Assembly (NCBI GenBank): GCA_002720635.1
Contig: PBJD01000047.1
Location: 1-49,680 of the forward strand
Reading direction: 5' to 3'
DNA length: 49,680 bases
Source of the DNA: Flavobacteriales bacterium
GTDB lineage: Bacteria > Bacteroidota > Bacteroidia > Flavobacteriales_C > GCA-002722245
The notes under the pieces are model-generated. The model saw nothing but the letters and a program-made list of their open reading frames with translations, had not been told where the DNA came from and did not search any database. Positions within the stretch are counted from its first letter, which is position 1. Each line of letters opens with the position of its first letter. This document shows positions 19,591 to 29,964 of the stretch, one piece after another. The position numbers and the translations under genes are program-made.

Positions 19591-20976
19591 TCAGACTACA
19601 AACTTATTCTTAAAATATTGATACAGCAACCTTACTCCAAAACCAGTTCCTCCTTTTGGTAAATAAAAACTCTCGGAATTTCGAAAAGCTGAACCCGCAA
19701 TATCCAAATGTACCCAGGGGTAATCAGTGAAGCTTTTCAGAAAAAATCCTGCACATACTACCTGTCCTTCGCTGGATCCTAAATTGGTTATATCGGCAAC
19801 ACTACTTTTTAAAGTTTCTTCAAACTCTTCCCACATTGGTAATTCGATTAATCTCTCATAAACATCTTCACCTGCTTTTTTTAGTGCTTTAATATTTTTA
19901 TCGTCTGTACCCATAATTACAGCGCCATGGTTAGCTGTTATTCTGTAAGCTGAACCTGTTAATGTAGCAGCGTCAATTACCAATAAAGGATTGAATTTTT
20001 TAGCAAAAGTTAACGCATCTGCCAGGATCAATCTTCCTTCAGCATCTGTATTTAAAACCTCTACTGTTTTTCCACTGTGCATTTTAATCACGTCACCAGG
20101 AACTAACTCTTTCCCATTTATTCTATTTTCGGTAATTGGTGTCAATACTATAAGATGAACAGGAAGTTCTTGTGTCGCAATGAGTCTTAACACTCCCAAA
20201 ACTGTTGAAGCACCACCCATATCTGCTTTCATATCGTTCATGAAGCTTCCTGTTTTAATATTAATCCCTCCCGTATCGAAAAGCACACCTTTTCCAACTA
20301 AAACAATTGGTCTTGGATTTTTTGGATTTTTCGGTTTCCACTCACTTTTTACCAAAGCAGCTTCATCGTGACTTCCTTGATTCACACCAATTATTCCCCC
20401 CATATTAAGTGCTTCAAGTTTTGATTTCCGAAATACATCAACTGAAATACCTAAACTTTTTAAAGATTTAATTTCCTTTATAAATTGACCGGTTGTTAGT
20501 TTATTAACAGGTTCATTAACCCAATCCCTCGTTTGAAAAACACTGCTCACCAAACTTTTAAGTTCTTGAATATCTACTTCTGATAAATTCGATGAAATTA
20601 AAGCAACCCTTTTCTGTTTAAAATCAGTTTTTGTTTTGTATTTGCTAAATGTATAATCTTTTAACATCATACCTTCCAAAAAAGAGGTTATCCCTTTTGA
20701 ATTGGTAGAAAAATCATATAAAAATGCCCTTCCGAAAATTTCATCAACCAATTCAGCACCCAGCTTTCGATTTTTTTCTTGATTCTTGAGATTTAACAGA
20801 GCTACATATTTCTGCTCATCAAGTACAGAAATATTAATAAGATAATCCTTCTTTAATTTAGCTATCGCAACTTTATACTCCTTGCCGTTAAGCTTACTTT
20901 TTAATACTTTTTTTGAATCAACAACAATAATTTGGCTCCCTTTTTTGATGCCTTCTTTTTCCAGGACTAATTCCAT
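19591..20976 (-). CDS. pepA: Leucyl aminopeptidase (M17 family)
   Basis: 461-aa ORF with VGKGVLFDTGGINIK, MKADMGGA and the M17 signature NTDAEGRLILADAL. Confidence 0.85.
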   Translation of the reverse strand: MELVLEKEGIKKGSQIIVVDSKKVLKSKLNGKEYKVAIAKLKKDYLINISVLDEQKYVALLNLKNQEKNRKLGAELVDEIFGRAFLYDFSTNSKGITSFLEGMMLKDYTFSKYKTKTDFKQKRVALISSNLSEVDIQELKSLVSSVFQTRDWVNEPVNKLTTGQFIKEIKSLKSLGISVDVFRKSKLEALNMGGIIGVNQGSHDEAALVKSEWKPKNPKNPRPIVLVGKGVLFDTGGINIKTGSFMNDMKADMGGASTVLGVLRLIATQELPVHLIVLTPITENRINGKELVPGDVIKMHSGKTVEVLNTDAEGRLILADALTFAKKFNPLLVIDAATLTGSAYRITANHGAVIMGTDDKNIKALKKAGEDVYERLIELPMWEEFEETLKSSVADITNLGSSEGQVVCAGFFLKSFTDYPWVHLDIAGSAFRNSESFYLPKGGTGFGVRLLYQYFKNKFVV

Positions 20977-21082
20977 GAATTGTAATTTTAAGGTAATTTA
21001 CCAAACTATTCCGAAAAAGCTTCATTTGAAATACATAACTTAGAATTGTTATTAAAACCAACCCTTTTATTTGTTCAATTGA

Positions 21083-23632
21083 ATGAAGTGTGGATATTTC
21101 ATAATCTTATATTTTATTTCTTTTGTGTCTTTAGCTACACACAATAGAGCCGGTGAAATATCATTCAAACAAATCGGAGTCAATCAATATGAAATTACAC
21201 TCGTCACCTATACACGAATTGAAACAGATGCAGATCGTCCTGTTATTGAAATTAACTGGGGAGATGGATCAATCGATTCCCTAATCAGATCAGAAGGATT
21301 TCCAAAATTTATTGCTGCCGACATCAATAAGAATGAATACAAAAGTATACATACTTTCCCCGGACCAGGAAACTACACAGTTTATCTTGAGGACCCGAAT
21401 AGAAATGCTGAAATAAATAATATCCCCAATAGTGTAAATGTTCCCTTTTATATTGAATCTCAAATAGTCATAAATCCTTTCTTAGGAGACAATAATTCTC
21501 CAGTACTACTCAACCCTCCCATAGAAGAAGCGTGCACTAATGCTATTTTTCAGCACAATCCGTCAGCTTTTGACGAAGACGGAGATAGTTTAGCATTTTC
21601 AATAATTGAAGCAAATGGTTTAAGTGGGGAGCCCGTTCCGGGATATTCCTTTCCCGAAGGTGTTTCAATAAACCCCCAAACCGGAACATTAACATGGGAT
21701 AGACCTACTATTCAAGGAGAATTTAATTTAGCAATATTAATAAAGGAATATAGAAGTGGCTTTTTAATCGGAAGTATGATCAGGGACATGCAGGTAAGTG
21801 TTAAAGAATGTGAAAATAACCCACCCGAAATTGAGCACATAAAACACCTTTGTGTTCAAGCCGGAACAGTATTGGATTTTGATATTACTGCAACTGATAA
21901 TGATACCGATCAAACTATTACGCTTACAGCGAGTGGTGGTCCGATTACCGAGGTAAGCGGGGATTTAGCTGTTTTTTCTGAAGTTCTTGGAGAGGACACT
22001 GTAACTGGTGATTTTTTATGGAGTACAGGATGTTCTCATGTAAGATATAGTCCATATCAAATTTTTTTCAAGGCACAAGACAATGACAGTGAAGTTCAAT
22101 TAATTGATTTATACACATTAAACATTACGGTAATTGGTCCAAAAGTCCAAAATATAGTTACTGATGCTCAAACCGATGGAATTCATGTTTCATGGACAAG
22201 AAGTATTTGCGAAGAAGTCGTTGGCTATAAAATTTACCGTAAAAATGATTCTTTGAACTGGATTCCGGATTCATGTGAAACCGGAATACCTTCCTATACA
22301 GGATATGTGCTTATCGGAAATTCAGAAGGCAGAGATAACAGTATCTATTTTGACGAATCTGCAATAGAAGGAAACATCTATTGCTACAGGGTTGTGGCGA
22401 TATACCCTGATGGTTCTGAAAGCATTGCCAGTGAAGAATCCTGCACCCAAACAGTAGAGATAAGTCCAATCCCCACTCATATTGATGTAAAAATTACGGA
22501 TTCATCATCTGGAAAAATTTTCATTAAGTGGAAAAATCCAAAAGATATAGATAGTCTTAGTTTTACTGGAGAACTTTTTTGCAAGGTTTATGAAATTAAC
22601 GCAGGAATACCAAACCTGATTTACACCTCATTAAATCTAAATGATACCAGTTTTATTCATAAAAACATCAATACCCAATCTTTTCAAAAAAACTATAAAA
22701 TTGAACTAATTGAAACATTAAATGGTGAAGAAACCATTCTTTCCTCCTCTCAAAACGCATCTTCGGTATTTCTCACTTCTATTCCGGCTGACCAAACTAT
22801 TCAGCTAAACTGGAATTTCTCAACACCATGGAGCAATGACACAACAATAATTCTCCTCGAAAACAATGGAATATGGGAGCCTGTCGATTCTGTAGCAGGG
22901 AATTCATTCACACATACAAATCTGATCAATGGTAACCTCTATTGCTATAAAGTGTTAACATTGGGTGAATACAGCTCCAATAAATCGGATACATTTCTAC
23001 TTAATAACAGTCAGGAAATTTGCGAAATTCCTGAAGATTTGATTCCCCCTTGTGTTCCTGAAATCACTGCATTGTCAAATTGTGACTTAAATCAAAATAA
23101 ATTTTCGTGGAATCCAGACACAATAAATTGCAACTCAGATTTAAGCTTTTTGACTGTTTTCTATAAAAGATATCCTAAAGACGAATATAATTTGCTTTCA
23201 ACAATAAATTCTCCCTGGGAAGATTCAATATTTGTTCATGGTGAATTGACAGAAGTAGCCGGTTGCTATACTTTCTCAGCAATTGATTCTGTGGGCAATG
23301 AATCTGAACCTGCTCATGAAGTCTGTTTTGACAATTGTCCTTCTTACGAACTTCCCAATATTTTCACTCCTAATGGAGATAACTTCAATGAAATTGTTAT
23401 TCCCTTTCCATATAAATATGTTGAAGGGGTTGACTTTAAAATATATAACAGATGGGGACAGCTTGTTTACACAACAAATGACCGTAATATAAATTGGGAC
23501 GGAATGCATATGATAACAAAACTCCCATGTTCATCCGGAGTTTATTTTTACAGCTGCACTATCAAAGAAAAACGATTAAACGGTATTGAAAACCGATTAA
23601 TTAATGGGTTTATTCAGCTCATAAGAAATTAA
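21083..23632 (+). CDS. Secreted cell-surface protein with a T9SS type-B (gliding motility-associated) C-terminal sorting domain
   Basis: 849-aa ORF with a signal peptide and Ig/FN3-like beta-rich repeats. The C-terminal ~90 aa (LPNIFTPNGDNFNE...FKIYNRWGQLVY...NWDG...GVYFY...GFIQLIR) is typical of the type-B CTD. Confidence 0.8.
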   Translation: MKCGYFIILYFISFVSLATHNRAGEISFKQIGVNQYEITLVTYTRIETDADRPVIEINWGDGSIDSLIRSEGFPKFIAADINKNEYKSIHTFPGPGNYTVYLEDPNRNAEINNIPNSVNVPFYIESQIVINPFLGDNNSPVLLNPPIEEACTNAIFQHNPSAFDEDGDSLAFSIIEANGLSGEPVPGYSFPEGVSINPQTGTLTWDRPTIQGEFNLAILIKEYRSGFLIGSMIRDMQVSVKECENNPPEIEHIKHLCVQAGTVLDFDITATDNDTDQTITLTASGGPITEVSGDLAVFSEVLGEDTVTGDFLWSTGCSHVRYSPYQIFFKAQDNDSEVQLIDLYTLNITVIGPKVQNIVTDAQTDGIHVSWTRSICEEVVGYKIYRKNDSLNWIPDSCETGIPSYTGYVLIGNSEGRDNSIYFDESAIEGNIYCYRVVAIYPDGSESIASEESCTQTVEISPIPTHIDVKITDSSSGKIFIKWKNPKDIDSLSFTGELFCKVYEINAGIPNLIYTSLNLNDTSFIHKNINTQSFQKNYKIELIETLNGEETILSSSQNASSVFLTSIPADQTIQLNWNFSTPWSNDTTIILLENNGIWEPVDSVAGNSFTHTNLINGNLYCYKVLTLGEYSSNKSDTFLLNNSQEICEIPEDLIPPCVPEITALSNCDLNQNKFSWNPDTINCNSDLSFLTVFYKRYPKDEYNLLSTINSPWEDSIFVHGELTEVAGCYTFSAIDSVGNESEPAHEVCFDNCPSYELPNIFTPNGDNFNEIVIPFPYKYVEGVDFKIYNRWGQLVYTTNDRNINWDGMHMITKLPCSSGVYFYSCTIKEKRLNGIENRLINGFIQLIRN

Positions 23633-23657
23633 ATTTGTAAATAAATTGCATAAAAAA

Positions 23658-23690
23658 TAGTAATCCCGCCTGTAAATGGCGGGATTACTA
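23658..23690 (+). terminator. Stem-loop terminator after the T9SS cargo gene
   Basis: Perfect 13-bp stem tagtaatcccgcc / ggcgggattacta with a 7-nt loop, 26 nt after the stop. It has only a short T tail. Confidence 0.55.
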
Positions 23691-23801
23691 TTAACCAAAA
23701 CTAAACCTACTTAAAATCTGATTATCGAAAATCAGTAATAAGAATTATGAAAAATTAATCTTTAAAAAGAACGTATCTGATTTATTAACGCACTTTAATC
23801 G

Positions 23802-23809
23802 TATTTTTG
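23802..23809 (+). promoter_or_regulatory. Candidate -7 box (TATTTTTG) upstream of the carrier-protein gene
   Basis: It matches TAnnTTTG and lies 24 nt upstream of the TTG start at 23834. No clear -33 element. Confidence 0.3.
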
Positions 23810-23833
23810 TATCTGCTTAACTTCTTTTAACAC

Positions 23834-24076
23834 TTGAGTAAGGACAAACAAATACTAAAAACACTGAATATTGTAATCGGCGACTTTTTTAAAAAAGAAA
23901 AACTTGCAATCAAATCATCTACTACGGCTAATGATATTGAGGAATGGGATTCTTTAAATCATATGGACTTAATCCGAACAATAGAAGAAGAATTCAACAT
24001 TGAATTTGAATTTTTTGAGGTTATGGATTTTGAAAACATAGGTGAATTAGTTAAAAGTATTGAGCAAAAAATGTAA
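23834..24076 (+). CDS. Acyl/peptidyl carrier protein (DltC-like)
   Basis: 80-aa acidic ORF with the phosphopantetheine-attachment context EEWDSLNHMDLIRTIEEEF (DSL serine). It has a TTG start and no in-frame ATG near the 5' end. Confidence 0.7.
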   Translation: MSKDKQILKTLNIVIGDFFKKEKLAIKSSTTANDIEEWDSLNHMDLIRTIEEEFNIEFEFFEVMDFENIGELVKSIEQKM

Positions 24077-24098
24077 ATCAGTTCAGTAACTTAGTACG

Positions 24099-25430
24099 GT
24101 GAATTGGGTCCCATACATTTCTATATCTATCTTTCTTGTAAGCCTTATTGTTTATTATAAAACGAAGCTTAATGGAAAAGATATACTCATCGCAGCATCA
24201 ATTGTATTAATATCTTTTTTAAGCTGGCAATCTGCTCTTTGCTTAATAGCCCTTACAGCAGCAACTACTTTATTACAAAAGTCCAGGGCAAAAGCATGGA
24301 TTGGAATTATCATCCATTTAGGTGTTCTCTTATCAATATACCTTCCAAAAGAGAATCTCACCTTTTTTAAATTCGGTTTATCCTATTATGCCATTCAAAA
24401 CATTGGCTTATTACTTTTGAGCATAAGACATAAACCTCAGGAATATAACTTTAAAGATTTACTTTTTGCAAATGCTTTTTTTGCAAAATTTATTTCAGGC
24501 CCAATTCTACTGCCTAAAGAGATTAATGCTCTGGATCACCTTTCTAAATTCAATCCAAAAAATTTCACATCAGGTATAAACAGAATTCTGTTCGGAATTT
24601 TTAAGAAAATTGTTTTAGCTGACAACCTGCACATTATAACCGATACAGTATTTGGAGGTGAAGAAGTTGAATTTAAAGGAATTACTATTCTGATTGCCAG
24701 TATACTCTTTACTATCGAAATGTATTTAAATTTCAGCGCTTACACTGATATTGCATTAGGCGTTGGAAAATTGTTCAATGTAAACCTGAAAGAAAACTTT
24801 AAAATTCCTCTAAGATCCTCTTCTGTTAGTGAATATTGGAAAAAAACACATATTTCATTAATTGACTGGCTTACTCAAAACTTCTTTTACCCAATATCCT
24901 TTCAACTTCGAAAACATCCTAAATACAGTATCGTTATTGGCATATTAGTCACATTTATTTTAAGTGGTTTATGGCATGGGCTTTATGCTGGATTTTTAGT
25001 TTGGGGAATATTAAACGGAGTATATTTAAGCACAGAACATATTGGTAAAAAAGCTGGGATAAAACTGCCAAAATCGATTGGATGGTTATTTACAATTCTA
25101 TTCATAAGTTTTTCAAATCTATTTTTTGTTTCAAAAACATGGAAAAATTCACTAAATTTTACTCAACAGGTTTTCACTATCGAATCCTGGAACTTTAAAT
25201 GGGAAACCGATGTATTCGCAGTGCTAGGAAACGGTTGGCATTTAGAGCAACAATTTCAACTAGGAATGATTATAACATTGATTTTAATCTTTCTTATTTT
25301 GGAAAATAACCTTGAAAAAATGGCAAAATCACCCAATTTTTCAATAGGCTTTGTCTCCATTTTAACGCTTATTTGCTTTTTAATTGGAAACATCAATGAT
25401 GGTGCTGAATTCATATACATGCAATTTTGA
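24099..25430 (+). CDS. MBOAT family membrane-bound O-acyltransferase (DltB/AlgI-like)
   Basis: 443-aa polytopic membrane ORF with MBOAT blocks [15 protein letters not shown] and [16 protein letters not shown]. It has a GTG start 22 nt after the carrier-protein stop. Confidence 0.8.
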   Translation: MNWVPYISISIFLVSLIVYYKTKLNGKDILIAASIVLISFLSWQSALCLIALTAATTLLQKSRAKAWIGIIIHLGVLLSIYLPKENLTFFKFGLSYYAIQNIGLLLLSIRHKPQEYNFKDLLFANAFFAKFISGPILLPKEINALDHLSKFNPKNFTSGINRILFGIFKKIVLADNLHIITDTVFGGEEVEFKGITILIASILFTIEMYLNFSAYTDIALGVGKLFNVNLKENFKIPLRSSSVSEYWKKTHISLIDWLTQNFFYPISFQLRKHPKYSIVIGILVTFILSGLWHGLYAGFLVWGILNGVYLSTEHIGKKAGIKLPKSIGWLFTILFISFSNLFFVSKTWKNSLNFTQQVFTIESWNFKWETDVFAVLGNGWHLEQQFQLGMIITLILIFLILENNLEKMAKSPNFSIGFVSILTLICFLIGNINDGAEFIYMQF

Positions 25431-26356
25431 AAGCAGGGAAAAAACATAAGGAGTTAATTAAATCTGAAGCTTACAGATTAGGGTTTGATTATGTTGGTGT
25501 TTCAAAGGCTGAATTTCTTGAAGAAGACGCTCCGAGGCTGGAAAACTATTTACAAAAAAATCATCATGGTAAAATGAACTACATGGAAAACCATTTTGAT
25601 AAACGGCTAGATCCCAGGCTACTGGTAGATGACGCCAAATCAGTAGTTTCTTTTATGATTAATTATTTTCCTGAAAAAACACAAAATAAAAATTCCCCTA
25701 AAATTGCAAAATATGCCTATGGTCAGGATTATCATTTAGTCATTCGCCAGAAACTGAATCAATTGCTTGAATTTATTAACCATGAAATAGGTGAAGTATC
25801 GGGAAGAGGTTTTGTTGATTCGGCACCTGTTTTAGATAAAGCCTGGGCAAAAAAAAGTGGTCTGGGTTGGGTTGGGAAAAATGGAAATTTAATAAATAAA
25901 AAATCAGGGAGTTTTTTCTTCATTGCTGAACTGATTATAGACCTTGAACTACCCAGTGACGGCCCTGTAACTGATCACTGCGGAACATGCACTGCATGCA
26001 TAGACGAATGCCCAACTGAAGCAATTGTAGAACCCATGGTAGTTGATGGATCAAAATGTATTTCCTACTATACCATAGAATTAAAAGAATCCATTCCTGA
26101 ATCCGTAAATGGAAAATTTGATAACTGGATGTTCGGATGTGATATCTGTCAAGACATTTGTCCATGGAACCGGCTTTCCAAACCACACAATGAACCTCTT
26201 TTTAATCCTCATCCGGATTTACTTTCTATGACTCAAAAAGATTGGGATCACATCAATCAGGAGAGCTTCAGTAAACTCTTTTCTAAAAGTGCAGTTAAAA
26301 GAACTAAATTAACAGGCCTAAAAAGAAATATTGCTTTTTTAAAGAAAGGGAAATAA
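25427..26356 (+). CDS. queG: Epoxyqueuosine reductase
   Basis: 309-aa ORF with two 4Fe-4S ferredoxin motifs ([23 protein letters not shown]) in the QueG context. The TTG start overlaps the MBOAT stop by 4 nt. Confidence 0.9.
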   Translation: MKAGKKHKELIKSEAYRLGFDYVGVSKAEFLEEDAPRLENYLQKNHHGKMNYMENHFDKRLDPRLLVDDAKSVVSFMINYFPEKTQNKNSPKIAKYAYGQDYHLVIRQKLNQLLEFINHEIGEVSGRGFVDSAPVLDKAWAKKSGLGWVGKNGNLINKKSGSFFFIAELIIDLELPSDGPVTDHCGTCTACIDECPTEAIVEPMVVDGSKCISYYTIELKESIPESVNGKFDNWMFGCDICQDICPWNRLSKPHNEPLFNPHPDLLSMTQKDWDHINQESFSKLFSKSAVKRTKLTGLKRNIAFLKKGK

Positions 26357-26416
26357 CTGTATTGAAAAGTTTTCATTTTGCTTAATATTACCATTAAAAG
26401 CTATCTTTATATCGTT

Positions 26417-27262
26417 ATGGCGAACAGAAAGAAAACAGGGGGGAGCAGGAAAAGAAATCACGAACCTGCTGCAGTGCGATTTGGTAAGGATAAAAAAAGA
26501 GGGGGAGGACCCAAAAAAAGGTTAAATTCCAATTCATCAAATCTGGGTGATGGGACAACCCGGCTAAACAAATTTATCGCACATGCCGGAGTATGTTCTC
26601 GAAGAGAGGCTGATGAATTAATCCAATTGGGTTCAATTACAGTAAATGGAAAAATAATCACAGAGATGGGTTACAAGGTTAAAAACACTGACATTATAAA
26701 ACATGAAGGTGAAACTCTTTCCCACAATGAACTTTTTTACTTCGCCATTAATAAACCGAAAAATTTCAATTCAAACTGTGACAACCCATTAAAGGAAAGA
26801 ACTGTTGGACGATTAGTCAACAAAGCCACAAAATATATTTTATCACCCATTGTAAAACTAGAACGAGATTCCACTGGAATATTACTACTTACAAATGATA
26901 ATGATCTTTATTTAAAACTTTCTAATCCAAAACATGAATTTGAAAAAATTTTTCAATTGGAACTGGACAAACCACTTAAACAAGAAGATTTAGAAAAAAT
27001 AACTCAAGGAATACGCCTTCCTTCTGGTGGTTGGGCAAAAGCAGAATCCATTTCTTATGTTAAAGGGAATCAACATACCATTGGAGTCGAAATTTTAAAT
27101 AATAAACCTAAAATTTTGACAAAAATATTTGAGCTCTTAGGGTATAAAATTAAAAAAGCAGATAGAGTTTCATTTGCAGGAATAACAAAGAAAAATTTAT
27201 CCAGAGGGGAATATCGCAAACTTTCCGAAGCAGAAATTACTCAACTTAAAATGTTAGGCTAA
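26417..27262 (+). CDS. Pseudouridine synthase (RsuA/RluB family) with N-terminal S4 domain
   Basis: It has an S4 motif (RLNKFIAHAGVCSRREADELI) and a catalytic-Asp block (LERDSTGILLLTNDNDL), preceded by a basic N-terminal extension. I place the start at ATG 26417 (MANRKK...) rather than the ORF-track start at 26378. Confidence 0.8.
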   Translation: MANRKKTGGSRKRNHEPAAVRFGKDKKRGGGPKKRLNSNSSNLGDGTTRLNKFIAHAGVCSRREADELIQLGSITVNGKIITEMGYKVKNTDIIKHEGETLSHNELFYFAINKPKNFNSNCDNPLKERTVGRLVNKATKYILSPIVKLERDSTGILLLTNDNDLYLKLSNPKHEFEKIFQLELDKPLKQEDLEKITQGIRLPSGGWAKAESISYVKGNQHTIGVEILNNKPKILTKIFELLGYKIKKADRVSFAGITKKNLSRGEYRKLSEAEITQLKMLG

Positions 27263-27718
27263 TTAAAAGCCTTTTCTTTTTTTTGCGAAAAATTCTTTCA
27301 AAATAGTACTGCATTCCGCTTCCATCACCCCCCACTTTACTTTTGTTTTAGGGTGAAGAATGTTTTCATTGATTGATCTATATCCGCGTTTATCATCACG
27401 AGCAGCAATAACGACCTTTTTCAATCGCGTCCAATATGCAGCGCCAGCACACATTGGACATGGCTCAAGAGTTACATAAAGCGTACATTCATCTAAAAAT
27501 TTCCCACCTAAAAAATTAGCAGCCATTGTAAACACTTGCATTTCAGCATGGGCAGTCACATCATTAAGGGCCTCAGTCATGTTATGAGCCTTGGCAATAA
27601 CCTGATTGTCACAAACAATTACCGCTCCAACAGGAACCTCGTCCGTTTCAAAAGCTTTCTGAGCTTCTAAATAGGCCAGTTTCATAAAATGTTCATCACT
27701 AAAAACAGAAAGACTCAT
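27263..27718 (-). CDS. tadA: tRNA adenosine(34) deaminase
   Basis: 151-aa ORF with CDA-fold zinc motifs HAEM and PCPMCAGA. Its stop directly abuts the pseudouridine synthase stop (27262/27263). Confidence 0.9.
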   Translation of the reverse strand: MSLSVFSDEHFMKLAYLEAQKAFETDEVPVGAVIVCDNQVIAKAHNMTEALNDVTAHAEMQVFTMAANFLGGKFLDECTLYVTLEPCPMCAGAAYWTRLKKVVIAARDDKRGYRSINENILHPKTKVKWGVMEAECSTILKEFFAKKRKGF

Positions 27719-27722
27719 ATTA

Positions 27723-27730
27723 CAAAGTTA
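27723..27730 (-). promoter_or_regulatory. Candidate -7 box (TAACTTTG) only 4 nt upstream of the tadA ATG
   Basis: The minus-strand TAACTTTG matches TAnnTTTG. Its position implies a leaderless or near-leaderless transcript. Confidence 0.25.
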
Positions 27731-27759
27731 AAGTTTTCGGCCGACTGTTTACGTTTTAT

Positions 27760-27767
27760 TACTTTTG
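27760..27767 (+). promoter_or_regulatory. Candidate -7 box (TACTTTTG) for aspS
   Basis: It matches TAnnTTTG, lies 23 nt upstream of the aspS ATG, and is embedded in the 12-bp palindrome cttttgcaaaag. Confidence 0.35.
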
Positions 27768-27790
27768 CAAAAGAATCTTAATTAAAAATT

Positions 27791-29539
27791 ATGTATCGAT
27801 CACACAACTGCGGAGAATTAAGAATTTCAAACGCTGGAGAACATGTAACCTTAAGTGGTTGGGTTCAGAAGGTTAGAAACAAAGGAGGTTTGCTATGGAT
27901 TGATCTTCGCGATCGATATGGAATCACACAGTTGGTTCTGGAAGAGGGAGTCTCATCGAATGAATCCATTGAAATCGCAAAAAAAACAGGTAGAGAATTT
28001 GTGGTTTCTGTCTCAGGGGAGGTTATCGAACGTTTTTCAAAAACAACAAAAATCGCAACAGGTGAAATTGAAATTAAAGTTGCTGAAATCATCATCTTAA
28101 ATGCATCAGTTACTCCTCCATTTACCATTGAAGACGAAACAGATGGAGGCGAAGAATTAAGAATGAAATATCGATACCTGGATATTAGACGAAACCCAGT
28201 TCGTAAAAATCTGGAACTGCGAAACAAAGTCTCTTTTCAAACGCGAAAATATTTAGAAAGTCAAAACTTTCTTGAAGTTGAAACACCATACTTAATTAAA
28301 TCCACTCCTGAAGGAGCTCGTGATTTTGTTGTACCATCAAGAATGAATCCAGGTGAGTTTTATGCCCTACCTCAATCTCCACAAACTTTTAAGCAATTAT
28401 TAATGGTAGCCGGAATGGATAGATACTACCAAATTGTGAAGTGTTTCAGAGATGAAGATTTAAGAGCGGATAGACAACCTGAATTCACACAAATAGACTG
28501 CGAAATGTCTTTTGTTACACAAGAAGATATTCTTGAAACCTTTGAGGGACTAACCAAACATCTTTTCAAATCTGTTTTGGATATCGATTTGCCTGATTTT
28601 CCCAGATTAACATACGCAGATGCAATGATACTATACGGAAGCGATAAACCTGACACAAGGTTTGGTATGAAATTCGTTGAGTTGAATTCTGTTGCCAAAA
28701 ACAAAGGCTTTAAGGTATTTGATGATGTTGAACTTGTTGTTGGAATTAATGTAGAGGGATGTGCAACTTATTCAAGAAAACAGCTGGATAAAATCACCAA
28801 CTTCGTTAAAAGACCGCAAGTTGGGGCAAATGGAGTGGTTTACGTTAAATACAATGAGGACGGAACTTTGAAATCTTCTGTAGATAAATTTTTTAATCAA
28901 GAGCAATTAAAAGAATGGGCTATTGAAGCAAATGCAAAGCCTGGTGATTTACTACTGGTACTAGCTGGTGAAACCAATAAAGTTCGAAGCCAATTAAATG
29001 AACTTAGACTTCATATGGGAGAGGAACTCGGATTACGTAACCCAGGTGTTTTCAAGCCACTGTGGGTTGTTGATTTCCCTCTGTTAGAGTGGGATGATGA
29101 AACATCAAGATTTCACGCTATGCACCATCCCTTCACATCCCCAAAAGAAGAAGATCTTGATAAAATGGAGTCCAGTCCGGGAGAAGTAAGAGCAAATGCG
29201 TATGACTTATGCATGAACGGTGTTGAACTGGGGGGAGGATCAATACGAATTTTTGATAAATCTCTACAAAAAAGGATGTTCGACTTATTAGGATTCACCG
29301 AGGAGGAAGCAAAAGAACAATTTGGATTCTTAATGAATGCTTTTGAATATGGTGCGCCACCACATGGAGGTTTAGCATTTGGCTTTGATCGTCTTTGTGC
29401 AATGTTGGGAGGCCAGGATAGCATCAGGGACTTCATTGCATTTCCTAAAAATAATTCAGGAAGAGATGTTATGATAAATTCTCCATCAGAAATTAATCCT
29501 GAACAGCTTAATGAGCTTAACATTTCGTTAGAAAAATAA
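27791..29539 (+). CDS. aspS: Aspartate--tRNA ligase
   Basis: 582-aa ORF with an OB anticodon-binding N-terminus and class II motifs ([34 protein letters not shown]). Confidence 0.95.
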   Translation: MYRSHNCGELRISNAGEHVTLSGWVQKVRNKGGLLWIDLRDRYGITQLVLEEGVSSNESIEIAKKTGREFVVSVSGEVIERFSKTTKIATGEIEIKVAEIIILNASVTPPFTIEDETDGGEELRMKYRYLDIRRNPVRKNLELRNKVSFQTRKYLESQNFLEVETPYLIKSTPEGARDFVVPSRMNPGEFYALPQSPQTFKQLLMVAGMDRYYQIVKCFRDEDLRADRQPEFTQIDCEMSFVTQEDILETFEGLTKHLFKSVLDIDLPDFPRLTYADAMILYGSDKPDTRFGMKFVELNSVAKNKGFKVFDDVELVVGINVEGCATYSRKQLDKITNFVKRPQVGANGVVYVKYNEDGTLKSSVDKFFNQEQLKEWAIEANAKPGDLLLVLAGETNKVRSQLNELRLHMGEELGLRNPGVFKPLWVVDFPLLEWDDETSRFHAMHHPFTSPKEEDLDKMESSPGEVRANAYDLCMNGVELGGGSIRIFDKSLQKRMFDLLGFTEEEAKEQFGFLMNAFEYGAPPHGGLAFGFDRLCAMLGGQDSIRDFIAFPKNNSGRDVMINSPSEINPEQLNELNISLEK

Positions 29540-29541
29540 AA

Positions 29542-29964
29542 TTGTTTCTTAGATATAACATATTTGCACTTCTCTTTTTCAGCGTAATTATTATTGGATG
29601 CTTTATACCTGGAAGTAACTTACCGAAAGCGCGTTTGGAAAATTTAGATAAGGTTATTCACTGCATACTTTTCTTTCTGTTCTCTTTCAGTGCTATAATA
29701 GGTTTTATAAAGCAGAGTCAATTTCCCAAATTACATTTTGATGCTGTAAAATATGTTGTTGGGATTGGTGCCTTATTGGCAATAATCACAGAAGTTGTTC
29801 AACATTTCATAATTCCCGGCAGGGAATTTGACATGCGGGATATACTCGCTGATCTGGCAGGCATTATTTTGGCATTTATTTTTTTTTATATGTGCGTGGA
29901 GATAAAAAATGTGGATTCTAAAAATTCAAACCTCGATAAGCTAAACAAACCAGACTTACTTTAA
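29542..29964 (+). CDS. VanZ-like family membrane protein
   Basis: 140-aa ORF with 4 predicted TM helices and VanZ-type blocks LDKVIHCILFF and GREFDMRDILADLAG. The TTG start lies 2 nt after the aspS stop. Confidence 0.65.
   Translation: MFLRYNIFALLFFSVIIIGCFIPGSNLPKARLENLDKVIHCILFFLFSFSAIIGFIKQSQFPKLHFDAVKYVVGIGALLAIITEVVQHFIIPGREFDMRDILADLAGIILAFIFFYMCVEIKNVDSKNSNLDKLNKPDLL

Noticed and set aside
27865-29523. Minus-strand ORFs of 120, 92 and 136 aa plus an 81-aa plus-strand alternate-frame ORF within aspS
   Set aside because: All overlap the aspS coding sequence, which has unambiguous class II aaRS motifs. The ORFs are Ser/Pro/Phe-rich antisense or off-frame artefacts.
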